Shown one piece after another: positions 54,510 through 64,000 of a stretch of DNA of 64,000 nt; the stretch's first letter is position 1; each line of letters starts with the position of its first letter. The notes under the pieces were generated by a model. That model saw only the letters and a program-made list of their open reading frames with translations. It ran no database searches and had not been told where the DNA came from. Location: IMG/VR virus record IMGVR_UViG_3300042868_010462, positions 64,001 through 128,000 of that record; one strand, given 5' to 3'. The stretch is from a virus. Made by a program: the position numbers and the translations under genes.

Positions 54510-54572
54510 ACTTACTAATATTATATGTTTATAAATAAATTATATATACTCAAAAAAAAAGTTTTAGAAAAT

Positions 54573-55130
54573 TTAATCCCACCAACCTCTCATACCAGAA
54601 CCATCAAATTGGTCATCCCAATCTTTTTCCTTGTCGAACTTATCGTAGTCTTGTCCCTTCAATATTTCCCACAATTCATTCCATTCTTCATTTTCAAGCT
54701 CAGTAACCCTATTGAAATATTTGTTGTTGAATTCTTTTTCTTCATCAGAATCATAGTCAACTAGTTCAAAATAATCAGGTTTATCCTCACAAGGAACAAA
54801 TTCGATTTTACTGGTATTGTAACCTCTACCCAATTCTTTTTCAACGATGTCAAAGTATCTGTCCTCACGGATATTCTTTAGGATTTCAACAACTCTGTTC
54901 ATTTTATCAACTTTCTTGAATCGTGGTTTTTCTACCTCATTTCCTTTCACCTTGAGGTTTTTAGCCATATGTTCAGTAGATATCTCAATGAACCTCAAAG
55001 TCCCATTATAATCCCACCAGTGATGATTCCATAGGGCTTTTCTAAATCTCCAAATGTTTTTTAAAAAGTTAGGTAAATCTTTGAATAGGAATATTCGCAA
55101 TTCATCATACCAAGTATATCCGTAAGCCAT
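54573..55130 (-). CDS. Hypothetical phage protein
   Basis: 185 aa, ends MRGWWD. Confidence 0.7.
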   Translation of the reverse strand: MAYGYTWYDELRIFLFKDLPNFLKNIWRFRKALWNHHWWDYNGTLRFIEISTEHMAKNLKVKGNEVEKPRFKKVDKMNRVVEILKNIREDRYFDIVEKELGRGYNTSKIEFVPCEDKPDYFELVDYDSDEEKEFNNKYFNRVTELENEEWNELWEILKGQDYDKFDKEKDWDDQFDGSGMRGWWD

Positions 55131-55145
55131 AAATTTTTGTTTTGA

Positions 55146-55400
55146 TTAAAATAAGAAAAATTGTGAAATGTTTGAAAGAAAGTTCCCTTTCTTTTTTCGT
55201 GTTTTAGAAAGTTTACCTTTTTTTTCTTTTTCGAAATTGGAACTAAGTTGCCCCATCTGTTTGTCAGTTAATTCTTTGTTCCATTTTTTGACATACAACT
55301 CGAACAATCTTTCAGTTGTTCTCACTTGTTCTTCGTTCTGACAAGAATCAAGAACTTTCATAACCCAAGTGTATTGATTTAGTAACTCGTGCTTTGTCAT
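55146..55400 (-). CDS. Hypothetical protein
   Basis: 84-aa ORF. Confidence 0.6.
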   Translation of the reverse strand: MTKHELLNQYTWVMKVLDSCQNEEQVRTTERLFELYVKKWNKELTDKQMGQLSSNFEKEKKGKLSKTRKKKGNFLSNISQFFLF

Positions 55401-55457
55401 TTCGATTTATTTTATTGGGTGAACAAATATTTCTCAGACAAAGATAAGTTTTATAAT

Positions 55458-55760
55458 CTAATCCTCAAAATATTTTACATATTTTTTTATTGTTTGTCTT
55501 CTTTTTTTGTCGTCCACATCCGCAAATACATCAACAAGTAAATTATCAATTTTATCAATCAACTTTTTAAAGTTACCTCTTACAGGAACTGACTTGTCAT
55601 CAACTAAAATCCTATATTTACCAAAGTATTCCTGAAATTCTGTTGGAACTTCATTGACTGGAAAATTTCTCCTCAAATAAACTAAAACTTTATCGTCAGC
55701 TTCTGTGTATTTGGCAAGTATATCCTCTTTTTCTTCTTCTGTAAGTACTATTCTTTTCAT
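55458..55760 (-). CDS. LTEEE-leader hypothetical protein
   Basis: Likely start MKRIVLTEEEK at 55760. Confidence 0.65.
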   Translation of the reverse strand: MKRIVLTEEEKEDILAKYTEADDKVLVYLRRNFPVNEVPTEFQEYFGKYRILVDDKSVPVRGNFKKLIDKIDNLLVDVFADVDDKKRRQTIKKYVKYFED

Positions 55761-55808
55761 ATTTATATAAATATTGATGATTATAACAAATTTACTTATT
55801 TTAATCAA

Positions 55809-56084
55809 ATGAAGAAAGGATTATGGATTTTATTGAATAAAGTTTTCAAAAAGGATTTAGAGCTTCTTTATGGTATAGGTAGTGATGTAGAAATAACTAA
55901 CATTATATTCAGTACAAATAATAAAATTCACGTGATTAGTTGTAAGTTAAAAATCGGAGATGTTAAGTTGTATGAAGACATAGGTGAAACAGGTTTAAAT
56001 TATCTATTTGAAGAATCTTGGAAGTATTTGGGATTTTATGATAAAAATTTTATGCTACAAATATCTTTTGATTTGACATTTTAA
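55809..56084 (+). CDS. Hypothetical protein
   Basis: 91-aa ORF. Confidence 0.6.
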   Translation: MKKGLWILLNKVFKKDLELLYGIGSDVEITNIIFSTNNKIHVISCKLKIGDVKLYEDIGETGLNYLFEESWKYLGFYDKNFMLQISFDLTF

Positions 56085-56128
56085 ATTAATGTGATTATTA
56101 TTCATTCAATAAAACATTACAATTTAAA

Positions 56129-56554
56129 ATGAAAAAAATTCAAGTAGGTGACACCGTTATAGTCAATTATACAGGAAGATTGGAAGATGGGACAATCTTT
56201 GATTCTTCACTTAATGAGGGACGTGAACCATTAACATCAACATTAGGTCAAGGTCAACTCATTTCAGGTTTTGAGGATGGTTTAATTGATATGGTAGTTG
56301 GTGAGACAAAAACAATCGAAATTGAACCTGAGAATGCCTATGGCAATTATCAATCAGAAATGATTACAATAGTATCCAAGAGTCAAGTACCTGAAACAAT
56401 ACAAGTTGGTGAAACCCTCCAAGGAAACACACCTAATGGACCGATTATTGTAAAAGTAATTGAAGTGACTGATGATTCAGTAACTTTGGATGCTAACCAT
56501 CCTCTTGCAGGAAAAAAATTAATCTTTGATTTGGAAGTTATGGGTATTTCTTAG
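56129..56554 (+). CDS. FKBP-type peptidyl-prolyl isomerase (SlyD/SlpA-like)
   Basis: VNYTGRLEDGTIFDSS...GQLISGFE...PENAYG...DANHPLAGKKLIF. Confidence 0.92.
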   Translation: MKKIQVGDTVIVNYTGRLEDGTIFDSSLNEGREPLTSTLGQGQLISGFEDGLIDMVVGETKTIEIEPENAYGNYQSEMITIVSKSQVPETIQVGETLQGNTPNGPIIVKVIEVTDDSVTLDANHPLAGKKLIFDLEVMGIS

Positions 56555-56568
56555 GAAATACCTTTTTT

Positions 56569-56955
56569 TTATTCATACATATACTTTTCATCATTTGGGA
56601 ACTCTTTCTCAAACAACTTTATTAATCTTGCTGAATATGCGTTAGCCTCATCCTCATTAATTCCACCAATGTCAGGTCCTCTTTCTCTTCCCAAAATTGT
56701 CATTTGATATTCATGAATCCATTCATGAGCTAATGTTCTCAATATATCTCGATTCATCCTACCTGATGTTAATACTTTCAAGGTATGATTGGTGTTCCTA
56801 GACCCAGTAGTCATTACACCTTCCCTTTCACCAAGTAATTCAATAGTCAAGTCGTATTTTAAAGGGTAATTCTTTTGAATGAATTTAATAAACTCCAAAT
56901 ACAACTTATGTGTGGTCTTTTTTTTATCGTCTTTAAATACAATTTTGACTTTCAT
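56569..56955 (-). CDS. HExxH metallopeptidase-like protein
   Basis: RTLAHEWIHEYQ...EDEANA. Confidence 0.65.
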   Translation of the reverse strand: MKVKIVFKDDKKKTTHKLYLEFIKFIQKNYPLKYDLTIELLGEREGVMTTGSRNTNHTLKVLTSGRMNRDILRTLAHEWIHEYQMTILGRERGPDIGGINEDEANAYSARLIKLFEKEFPNDEKYMYE

Positions 56956-57023
56956 ATCTATAAATATCATTTATTATAATTAAAATAAACAATGAATTAT
57001 TGATATTTATTTAAAAAAGTGTT

Positions 57024-58319
57024 GTGAAAAAAATTGTCATTTCTGAAGAAGAAAAAAAACATATAAAAGGTCTATACAAAATTAATGAACAAGGAAAATC
57101 TCCTTTAGACATTATTTTTAGTACAGCATTAGATAAATTAGAAAAATTTAGAAGAGGTGAAATTGACCCTGAAGATATGACAACATCTGATTCAACATCC
57201 GATAGTAGTGAATATGATTCTTCATTAGTATCAAGTTTCGAACCTGGAGAATTTTTTGTACATCCAAATGCTGAATCTTTTAAAATTACTTACGGACCAT
57301 CAGCAATAAAATTAAATTCACCCTCTGAATTGTTACTTAAAAGTATTTTTGCTCAAGCAAATACATCAAATTTGAAAGTTACAAGTACTTTAAGAACGTA
57401 TGAAGACCAAGCGAGAGTTAATAAACAAAATAGTAGGTCAAATATAGCATCTTGGTATGGACAAGATGTGGTAAATGTTTGGGATAAATATATGTCAGGT
57501 GAATTAACACAAAAACAATATGCTGATTTTTTAGAAGATAGAGATAAAAAAAGAGGTAAAGTTTTAAGTAACCATATACCTGGATTTGCTATCGATGTTG
57601 CACCATATAGTGAACAATTTGCAAGTGCCGCAGAAAAATTAATGAAAACCCCAAACTCTGGGATAAGAAAGGTTCTAAGAGAAAAGAATAATAACGCTGT
57701 TCACATAGAATTCAATTTTCCTGTGACAGATAAAGGTGGTATTGGCACGATTCCAAAAATGCCATCAAAAAAAGAAGAAAAAAGATTTGATAAACAAATG
57801 TCTAAGGGGGGTATCATTGTTGATAAAAATAATAATACATCAAATTATGCAATTGTTTTCGGTGGTTCACCAAGTAGTTCATATGGTGCTCAGTTTATGT
57901 TTGATAAAGGTTCAAAAATACTTTCAGACAAAAATGTAGTTTATAGTAATTTTGAAAATTCATTGGACAATGTTTTGAATCAGATTAAATTACAAGACCC
58001 TAAGGCTAAAATAACTTCAGTAAGTGGATTTTCAGCTGGTGGTAAAAATGCTTGGGAGGCAGCAACTAAAGGTTATAAGGTGGGTTTAATTGACCCAGTT
58101 GTACCTGATTTTGCAACTCAATTTGTTGGTTCTAATTTTAATGGTGAATTACCCTCAAACATCAAAATGATATCAAGACAAGAAAATTGGTCGGGGCAAT
58201 TTAGAAAACATGGTGAAAGATTAAAAAACTTAGAGTCGACTCAACCTGAGGTACGAAGAAATGTTAAACATGCCGATATGCCAAGTCAATTTTTTAGTGA
58301 CTTTAAAAACTTTGTGTAA
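57024..58319 (+). CDS. ISEEE-leader protein with M15-like peptidase and alpha/beta-hydrolase-like domains
   Basis: TSTLRT..DQ, SNH...AIDV, VHIEF; GFSAG nucleophile elbow. Confidence 0.65.
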   Translation: MKKIVISEEEKKHIKGLYKINEQGKSPLDIIFSTALDKLEKFRRGEIDPEDMTTSDSTSDSSEYDSSLVSSFEPGEFFVHPNAESFKITYGPSAIKLNSPSELLLKSIFAQANTSNLKVTSTLRTYEDQARVNKQNSRSNIASWYGQDVVNVWDKYMSGELTQKQYADFLEDRDKKRGKVLSNHIPGFAIDVAPYSEQFASAAEKLMKTPNSGIRKVLREKNNNAVHIEFNFPVTDKGGIGTIPKMPSKKEEKRFDKQMSKGGIIVDKNNNTSNYAIVFGGSPSSSYGAQFMFDKGSKILSDKNVVYSNFENSLDNVLNQIKLQDPKAKITSVSGFSAGGKNAWEAATKGYKVGLIDPVVPDFATQFVGSNFNGELPSNIKMISRQENWSGQFRKHGERLKNLESTQPEVRRNVKHADMPSQFFSDFKNFV

Positions 58320-58331
58320 AAATATTAAATT

Positions 58332-59168
58332 ATGTCAAGAAGAATGATAATCTCAGAAAATGAGAAAAATAGAATCAAAAGTTTGTATAAAATAATTGAA
58401 CAAGAAATAAATCCTTTAGATATTATTTTTAAAACCGCAATGAAAAAACTAGATGATTATAGAAGTGGTAAAATTTCACCTGATGCCGATAATAAAGATA
58501 CCGAATCAGATACTGAAATCGATGATAAAACTACTCCGTATAAATCAAGTGGTAAAGGCGATTTTTATGACATAACAAAAAAGGTTATTGAAAATTTTGA
58601 AGGCGGTTATTGGAATCCTGAATGTGCTGGTTATCCAGGTTCAAAACATCCTCGTAAAACAGGAATGTATAGTAGGTCAGGTGAAACAATGTTCGGATTG
58701 GATAGAGAAGCAGGTAAGATTGAAGATATATCCTCAGATGGAAAAAAATTCTTTCAGTTGATTGATGACCAAAAAGAAAAGATGGGTATGGATAATTTTT
58801 GTAAAAAATGGACTTGGAATTATAGGGGTGGTGAAATTAAAAATCAATTACTTGATTTAGCAGTAAAAACTATGAAAAGTTTGTTTGATAAAAATTCAAA
58901 AAATTATTTATCTGAAAAAGCAAGAAATATTGTAAATAATAGTAATCCATTATTATTACACTTCTCATACGCCACGTGGAATGGTCCTGGTTTCTTCAAA
59001 GATTTTGCAAAAAGTATTAATAAAGGTGTTGATGAAGGCAAATCAGAGAAGGAATTAGTCAAAATCGCTAAAAACGATAGAGACAGAAGATTAGGTGGTG
59101 GTGCATGGGCTAAAGCAAACGAAAAGGTAAAAGCTCTCATTGATAAAGAAGCCTCAGGTATAGTATAA
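58332..59168 (+). CDS. ISENE-leader protein with lysozyme-like (GH108-like) domain
   Basis: FEGGY...SGETMFGLDR; N-terminus paralogous to the preceding gene. Confidence 0.6.
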   Translation: MSRRMIISENEKNRIKSLYKIIEQEINPLDIIFKTAMKKLDDYRSGKISPDADNKDTESDTEIDDKTTPYKSSGKGDFYDITKKVIENFEGGYWNPECAGYPGSKHPRKTGMYSRSGETMFGLDREAGKIEDISSDGKKFFQLIDDQKEKMGMDNFCKKWTWNYRGGEIKNQLLDLAVKTMKSLFDKNSKNYLSEKARNIVNNSNPLLLHFSYATWNGPGFFKDFAKSINKGVDEGKSEKELVKIAKNDRDRRLGGGAWAKANEKVKALIDKEASGIV

Positions 59169-59170
59169 AA

Positions 59171-59410
59171 TTATTCTTTTCGACAATAAGGTACTTTACC
59201 TGAAGGGTCTTGTAGTACAACTCCGAATTCTGTTTTAATTTCAGTAGGATTAGGTGGATTTTTAACACTCGAACATAACGATAAGTTCTCATATGTTTTT
59301 TTATCCAACTTTTTAGTGGTTGTTGTTGTTACAACACCTTGTTCCATTAATCTATTTTTTTCAATTAAAACATTTCTTTCTTGTATGAGTTTTGTTTTTC
59401 TGTATGACAT
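59171..59410 (-). CDS. Hypothetical protein
   Basis: ORF with TATTTAT upstream. Confidence 0.6.
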   Translation of the reverse strand: MSYRKTKLIQERNVLIEKNRLMEQGVVTTTTTKKLDKKTYENLSLCSSVKNPPNPTEIKTEFGVVLQDPSGKVPYCRKE

Positions 59411-59435
59411 ATTGTTTTTAAATATAAATATATAT

Positions 59436-59621
59436 CTAACTCAATAATCTTTTAACCTGTTCCATAATTTGTACTTGTCTTCGTTCCAAATCATTAATTC
59501 TTTGTTTTTGTTGATTAGACAACTCCAAACTTTCACCTTTTATTCTATTTATTTCATTAAATAATTTGGTATGTTCATTTAGTAAACTACCATAAATTTG
59601 AGCTTTTTGTTCTTCAGTCAT
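59436..59621 (-). CDS. Small coiled-coil protein
   Basis: 61-aa ORF. Confidence 0.55.
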   Translation of the reverse strand: MTEEQKAQIYGSLLNEHTKLFNEINRIKGESLELSNQQKQRINDLERRQVQIMEQVKRLLS

Positions 59622-59623
59622 TT

Positions 59624-60124
59624 TTGTATTTTATGTTTTTTATCAAAAAATATGAGTTTTATATAAAACTTAGTGTTATTATACTATCAATAATACAACC
59701 ATTTATTCTTTTGTCAATATGTGGTGAATTATGGTCTTTATCAAGTTATTGGAGAACACCACTTCAACCAATGTTCATAATAATAAACGCAGCCACAAGT
59801 TACTTCTTCTTTAGTACAGACAAATGGTTGGTACCTTCGATTCTGTTATTACTTCTGACTGCGTTTTCTTTAGACCTATACCCAACAACACATAATATTA
59901 TTGCAGGTCTTTTCTTTCTCTCTTGTTCCTATCCTCTTATGACATTAAAAAGATTCCAATTTTTTGGTATTCTTTATTATATGTCAATATTTGTATTGTT
60001 GTATTCAGGTATGTTGTGGTTCGAGATTTATTGTGTTTTAATACTGGGGTCATACCATCTTACAATACTTTTATATAAACATCATTTAGATAAATTAAGA
60101 GAAGAATCACATAACAAATCATAA
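59624..60124 (+). CDS. Multi-pass membrane protein
   Basis: About six hydrophobic helices; SLSSYW motif. Confidence 0.65.
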   Translation: MYFMFFIKKYEFYIKLSVIILSIIQPFILLSICGELWSLSSYWRTPLQPMFIIINAATSYFFFSTDKWLVPSILLLLLTAFSLDLYPTTHNIIAGLFFLSCSYPLMTLKRFQFFGILYYMSIFVLLYSGMLWFEIYCVLILGSYHLTILLYKHHLDKLREESHNKS

Positions 60125-60714
60125 CTTTGATTAATTTGATGTTTAATAATCAATTCATCATAACGCCATAACTCGTATTTTTCTATAACCATACCAATGT
60201 GTTTCCAATATTCACCAAATCCATAACCTTTACAATGATTTGTCCAATATTTCCAATTTTTACCAACAGCGTGTTTGTAATATTTCTTAAGAAATAAAGC
60301 ATGGTCTTCAAATGATTCAGAGAAACTTTCATACTTTCTCCATTTTGTTCCACCCAAAGATACATAATAATCACCATCGTACAATTCTTTATAATACTTC
60401 ATACCGAATAGATTATTTGCATTCTTTGCAATTGGTGAATACCCACCCCCACTTTCAGCTATCGCTTGTGCTAATTGAACACTTGTAGGTATACCATGTT
60501 CTAAGTGATAGTACATTGCAATTTCGTGGTAATTATCACAAAATTTACTATACGGGTGTTTTCGATTTATTTTCACCTTGTTTGATAATTGTATTGCTAC
60601 AACATCATTGTGAACTTTCTTTTCAACCTCCGAAGAAACTGAAATTTTTTGTGGACTATTAGAATCCAAGGAAACCAACAAGAACCACAAAATGATTGCA
60701 ATTATCTTTTTCAT
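60082..60714 (-). CDS. GH73 glucosaminidase (FlgJ-like), exported
   Basis: GIPTSVQLAQAIAESGGG...NNLFGMK...WRKYESFSESFEDH. Confidence 0.85.
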   Translation of the reverse strand: MKKIIAIILWFLLVSLDSNSPQKISVSSEVEKKVHNDVVAIQLSNKVKINRKHPYSKFCDNYHEIAMYYHLEHGIPTSVQLAQAIAESGGGYSPIAKNANNLFGMKYYKELYDGDYYVSLGGTKWRKYESFSESFEDHALFLKKYYKHAVGKNWKYWTNHCKGYGFGEYWKHIGMVIEKYELWRYDELIIKHQINQSYDLLCDSSLNLSK

Positions 60715-60800
60715 TTTGTTTTTTGTTTTTGTAAAACCACAATTCGTTTTACCCCATTACATTATAAATATAATAGTTAAGTAAGTAAAGCCACAAAGTG

Positions 60801-61259
60801 TTAAACTGGATAAACTGCGTTGATTTGGAGTTGGTAAGTTTTTTCAAACCAAGCTTTCAACATTTTTTCGAAAAGTTCTTTACCAAAAGCACCTGAAACA
60901 TTCTTAAGTTCCCAAGCATGATATTCTAAATTGTAATCGTCTGAATTGTCTACTGGTAATACTTTAAACACATATTCATCGTCTTCCCAATCTATTTCAG
61001 GGTCAACATAATAAACATATGCTTGGTATATATCATAAGTCTTAAAATCTTCATACTCCCTCTGAACTTCAATTAGATTTTCATACTTCTCCATCATAGA
61101 ATCAAACAAGTTTTTTAATCTTTCTTCCTTGTTTTCATTAACAAACTTTAACTTATTTGTAATTCTAAATTCATTTTTATTAAGTTGATGATGAAGTTCC
61201 CAGTTATGAATTGAGTTATTGTATTCTTCCAATAATATTTTTTTAATTATCTTTTTCAT
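60801..61259 (-). CDS. Hypothetical protein with IKKILLEE leader
   Basis: 152-aa ORF. Confidence 0.65.
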   Translation of the reverse strand: MKKIIKKILLEEYNNSIHNWELHHQLNKNEFRITNKLKFVNENKEERLKNLFDSMMEKYENLIEVQREYEDFKTYDIYQAYVYYVDPEIDWEDDEYVFKVLPVDNSDDYNLEYHAWELKNVSGAFGKELFEKMLKAWFEKTYQLQINAVYPV

Positions 61260-61262
61260 CTA

Positions 61263-61949
61263 TTAGGATATAAATAAATTGTATTCTTGTTCTCTTCTAT
61301 TTGCTAATCCCTCTGTTGTACCAATATAAAAAGTTTTCACAAGTTCAGCAGCTTTTTTTGTATTACCTTTTTTTAGTTCTTGTATAAATCTAGATTTTCT
61401 CATACTTGTACATCCAGCATTGAATGTCATTGAAACCATAGCATCAAATTGTCCTTGAGTTAATTTATAAGTTTTTAAATCATTTTTTTTCCATTCATCC
61501 ATTATTCGTCTGATACAACCAATAGCATCGCCAGAATCTTGAACCAAAAAATCTTCAGCTTGTTTTTTGGTTATTTTCATACCAACCCTAACACCATCGG
61601 TATGACCATATCCAATCGTTGGTATTCCCCTTGAGTCAAGATATCCTACCAACTTAGGTTGTTTTACCCCACCAATTCTATTTGCTGCGTCACCCTCCCA
61701 TTCTCTAACTATTTTTTTGTAATCATTTGTTATATTCATAACAGAACCATCCATCAATTGTTTCCCACTAATTTTCTGTGGTTCAGGATTGGCAATACCT
61801 TTTGGTTTTACCTTTTTTGTTGTTTCTATTTTTTTCTGAGAAGGTCTTTGAATCCCCACCATTTTATATGGGTCAGTTATATTTCCAATCGTTTTATTTA
61901 CTTGTTGTAAAATATTATCGTATTGTTGTTCAGTAATTATAATTTTCAT
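61263..61949 (-). CDS. IIITEQQ-leader GH24 phage lysozyme
   Basis: WEG...YLDSRGIPTIGYGHT, QFDAMVSMTFNAG, GLANRREQE. Confidence 0.88.
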   Translation of the reverse strand: MKIIITEQQYDNILQQVNKTIGNITDPYKMVGIQRPSQKKIETTKKVKPKGIANPEPQKISGKQLMDGSVMNITNDYKKIVREWEGDAANRIGGVKQPKLVGYLDSRGIPTIGYGHTDGVRVGMKITKKQAEDFLVQDSGDAIGCIRRIMDEWKKNDLKTYKLTQGQFDAMVSMTFNAGCTSMRKSRFIQELKKGNTKKAAELVKTFYIGTTEGLANRREQEYNLFIS

Positions 61950-62034
61950 AAATGAATTTTACAATAAATATCACAAATAAAAATCCCCACCTTATTGATG
62001 GGGATGTGTCTGATAAATAGTTTAAAATTTATAA

Positions 62035-62946
62035 TTATAAAAGTATTGATTTTCCGTTGAATCTTCTTGCTTCAAAAAGTATATCTAATGTTGTCTCACC
62101 TTCGAAACTGAAATACCTTTCAAACATTTCACTCATTAAACCACCCAAGAATCCAGTAACATTACCTGCAGCCTTAGAAATACCACTACCAATATCACTT
62201 GCGGTTTTCGAAATTTGTGAACCAACATTTTGGGCTGTTTTTTTTGCTGTCTGATAAGCACCTGAAGCTAAAGATTTAGCTTGTTCCCAAGTTTTACCAA
62301 CCTGTGCTTGAACTGTTGACCATTGTTGTTTAAGATAATCTCCGACCAAATTAGCAATTGTACCTATTTTAGATGCTCCACTTAATACTGCAGCATAAAT
62401 CTTGGAACCAAATTGTTTTGCTTGACCAATAATCCATTTACCTAAGGTTACTGATGAATCTTTAAGGTTAGAAAGTTGTTGTCCTACATATTGAGCACCC
62501 TTATCAATTAATATACCACCAGCTTTTAAAGTATCTACTGATTTCTTACCTAATTCAGTTGCCCCCCCAATAACTAATTTACCTGTTGATGATAATAATT
62601 TTAATAAAGCATCGGATGTGGCTTTAGCTATTCTATAAACACCTTTACCAATCAACCAAATAACTGCAGCACCATATATTACAATTGTAAAGGTAATGTT
62701 ACCCAAAGTCACAATAGTTTGTTTACCAGCTTTCATTACTTGTTGTGCTCCACTAGATATAGCTTGACCGGCTACCTGAGCACCTTGTTTTACCGCAGTT
62801 ACCGCCTGACCTACAGCTTGTTTTGTTGCTTGAGCGGCCTTTTGACCTTGTTGTTGTCCTGCTTGATAAGATGTTGTTTGTTCGTCTATTATTTTTTTTA
62901 TTAATCTTGTCAAATCAGATTCAGTTAGAGTTATAATCCTTTTCAT
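62035..62946 (-). CDS. LTESDL-leader Ala/Gln/Gly-rich helical protein
   Basis: Amphipathic repeats and one TM segment. Confidence 0.7.
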   Translation of the reverse strand: MKRIITLTESDLTRLIKKIIDEQTTSYQAGQQQGQKAAQATKQAVGQAVTAVKQGAQVAGQAISSGAQQVMKAGKQTIVTLGNITFTIVIYGAAVIWLIGKGVYRIAKATSDALLKLLSSTGKLVIGGATELGKKSVDTLKAGGILIDKGAQYVGQQLSNLKDSSVTLGKWIIGQAKQFGSKIYAAVLSGASKIGTIANLVGDYLKQQWSTVQAQVGKTWEQAKSLASGAYQTAKKTAQNVGSQISKTASDIGSGISKAAGNVTGFLGGLMSEMFERYFSFEGETTLDILFEARRFNGKSILL

Positions 62947-63010
62947 TTTTATACTTTTTATAATTTTATTATTGTCTATAAATATATCATAAAAATAAAA
63001 AAATTACCCA

Positions 63011-63403
63011 TTATAAATTCAATATACCATCCTTGACTATTGTTTCATTTGGTAACCAAATCTTTATCTCAAAATTTTCAACCAGTTCCAATTCACCAAT
63101 TTTTATTTTATCCTTTAGGTTTGGTAAAGTTATAATCAATGTTTGATTATTAATCTGACTTTCAAAATTATATCGACCATTTTTTGCCAAAACATCCAAA
63201 ATTTCATACCTAAGATTTGTTTTAACCATCAATTCCACCCTAACATATGTCTTGTCCCAAGTTAAAACAGATTTTTTACACTCCAAAGGGAATACAACCT
63301 CATTCACATTTACATTAAAAGACCTAATTAATGTTTTCTCGGATTGTCCAAAAGAGATATAACTACCAAGTAAAAAAACTAACAACAGAATTAAATTTTT
63401 CAT
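63011..63403 (-). CDS. Exported hypothetical protein
   Basis: Signal peptide; TAnnTTTG at 63433-63440. Confidence 0.65.
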   Translation of the reverse strand: MKNLILLLVFLLGSYISFGQSEKTLIRSFNVNVNEVVFPLECKKSVLTWDKTYVRVELMVKTNLRYEILDVLAKNGRYNFESQINNQTLIITLPNLKDKIKIGELELVENFEIKIWLPNETIVKDGILNL

Positions 63404-63529
63404 AATAAGATTTTTTTTAATCGTTTATAGTTCAAATATAACTATAAATATCAAAAAAACAAATAAAATTCTGTGGATTACTTCAAAAATTGTAATTAAA
63501 AACCCACTCTTACTCAGGTGGGGTTTAAT

Positions 63530-63979
63530 TTACCTATAATAAAATTTATTTTGTATGAATTGTTCAATTATATCCCAATTATCTGAGTAATAATCTTCGT
63601 TGGAAATATACGATGGCTCAAACTCATAATCATAATCTCTACCATCGTGAAATTCTTGCATACTTCCTGTCAATTCAAACATTTCACCATTATCTAATTC
63701 CTTTGTGAATGTGACATCATCACCATCAAATTCAACATTACCATAAAACTTTTGTTCAAAATGAACTTGGATTGGGAAACTCTTACTGAAAATATTTTTT
63801 AATTCATTATGTAATTGAACTTTGATAGCATTTTCTCTTTTGAAACTTTCCTCACCAGGAAGAATAATCTCAAGCATCTTGCCTGTGAAGTAAACATCAA
63901 CAATTTCATTCTTAAATGATTTCTTGACATATCTTATTACAGCATCTTCAAATTGACTTTCAGTTATTATAATTTTCAT
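63530..63979 (-). CDS. IIITESQ-leader hypothetical protein
   Basis: Likely start MKIIITESQ at 63979. Confidence 0.7.
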   Translation of the reverse strand: MKIIITESQFEDAVIRYVKKSFKNEIVDVYFTGKMLEIILPGEESFKRENAIKVQLHNELKNIFSKSFPIQVHFEQKFYGNVEFDGDDVTFTKELDNGEMFELTGSMQEFHDGRDYDYEFEPSYISNEDYYSDNWDIIEQFIQNKFYYR

Positions 63980-64000
63980 TCCCCACAATTTTTAATAAAT

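Noticed and set aside
535-62904. Many short ORFs antisense to long genes (e.g. 535..837, 4399..4770, 30638..31024, 33667..34182, 43807..44130)
   Set aside because: Shadow frames rich in Ser/Phe/Leu, as expected opposite AT-rich coding sequence.

Overview
Strongly AT-rich, gene-dense segment of what looks like a jumbo tailed-phage genome. The host is most likely a member of Bacteroidota, inferred from many TAnnTTTG -7 promoter elements, GTTCATTGACAT boxA-like sites and a tmRNA tag that starts with Gly. The window holds 21 tRNA genes in two minus-strand arrays, a tmRNA, three tRNA-like elements with no normal anticodon arm, several candidate ncRNAs, chaperone genes (ClpC-like, DnaK, FKBP), GMP reductase, an AsnRS-derived synthetase, a DUF2828/TROVE-like protein followed by three related RNA-like repeats, a two-component signalling operon, lysis and cell-wall hydrolase genes, and a family of proteins sharing an N-terminal I/L-x-E leader behind a TATTTAT motif. 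Main discovery: each tRNA array is preceded by a short leader ORF missed by the ORF track, followed by a terminator whose 5' arm can pair with the end of the leader. Each leader is built mostly from the amino acids of the tRNAs downstream of it (Y/M/D/L/T/G/A/E/R versus Q/F/H/S/P/I/K/C/W). This suggests ribosome-mediated attenuators that monitor the host tRNA pool and switch on replacement phage tRNAs. A third, Asn-rich leader with a terminator precedes the AsnRS-like gene. All calls were made by eye; no database searches were run.
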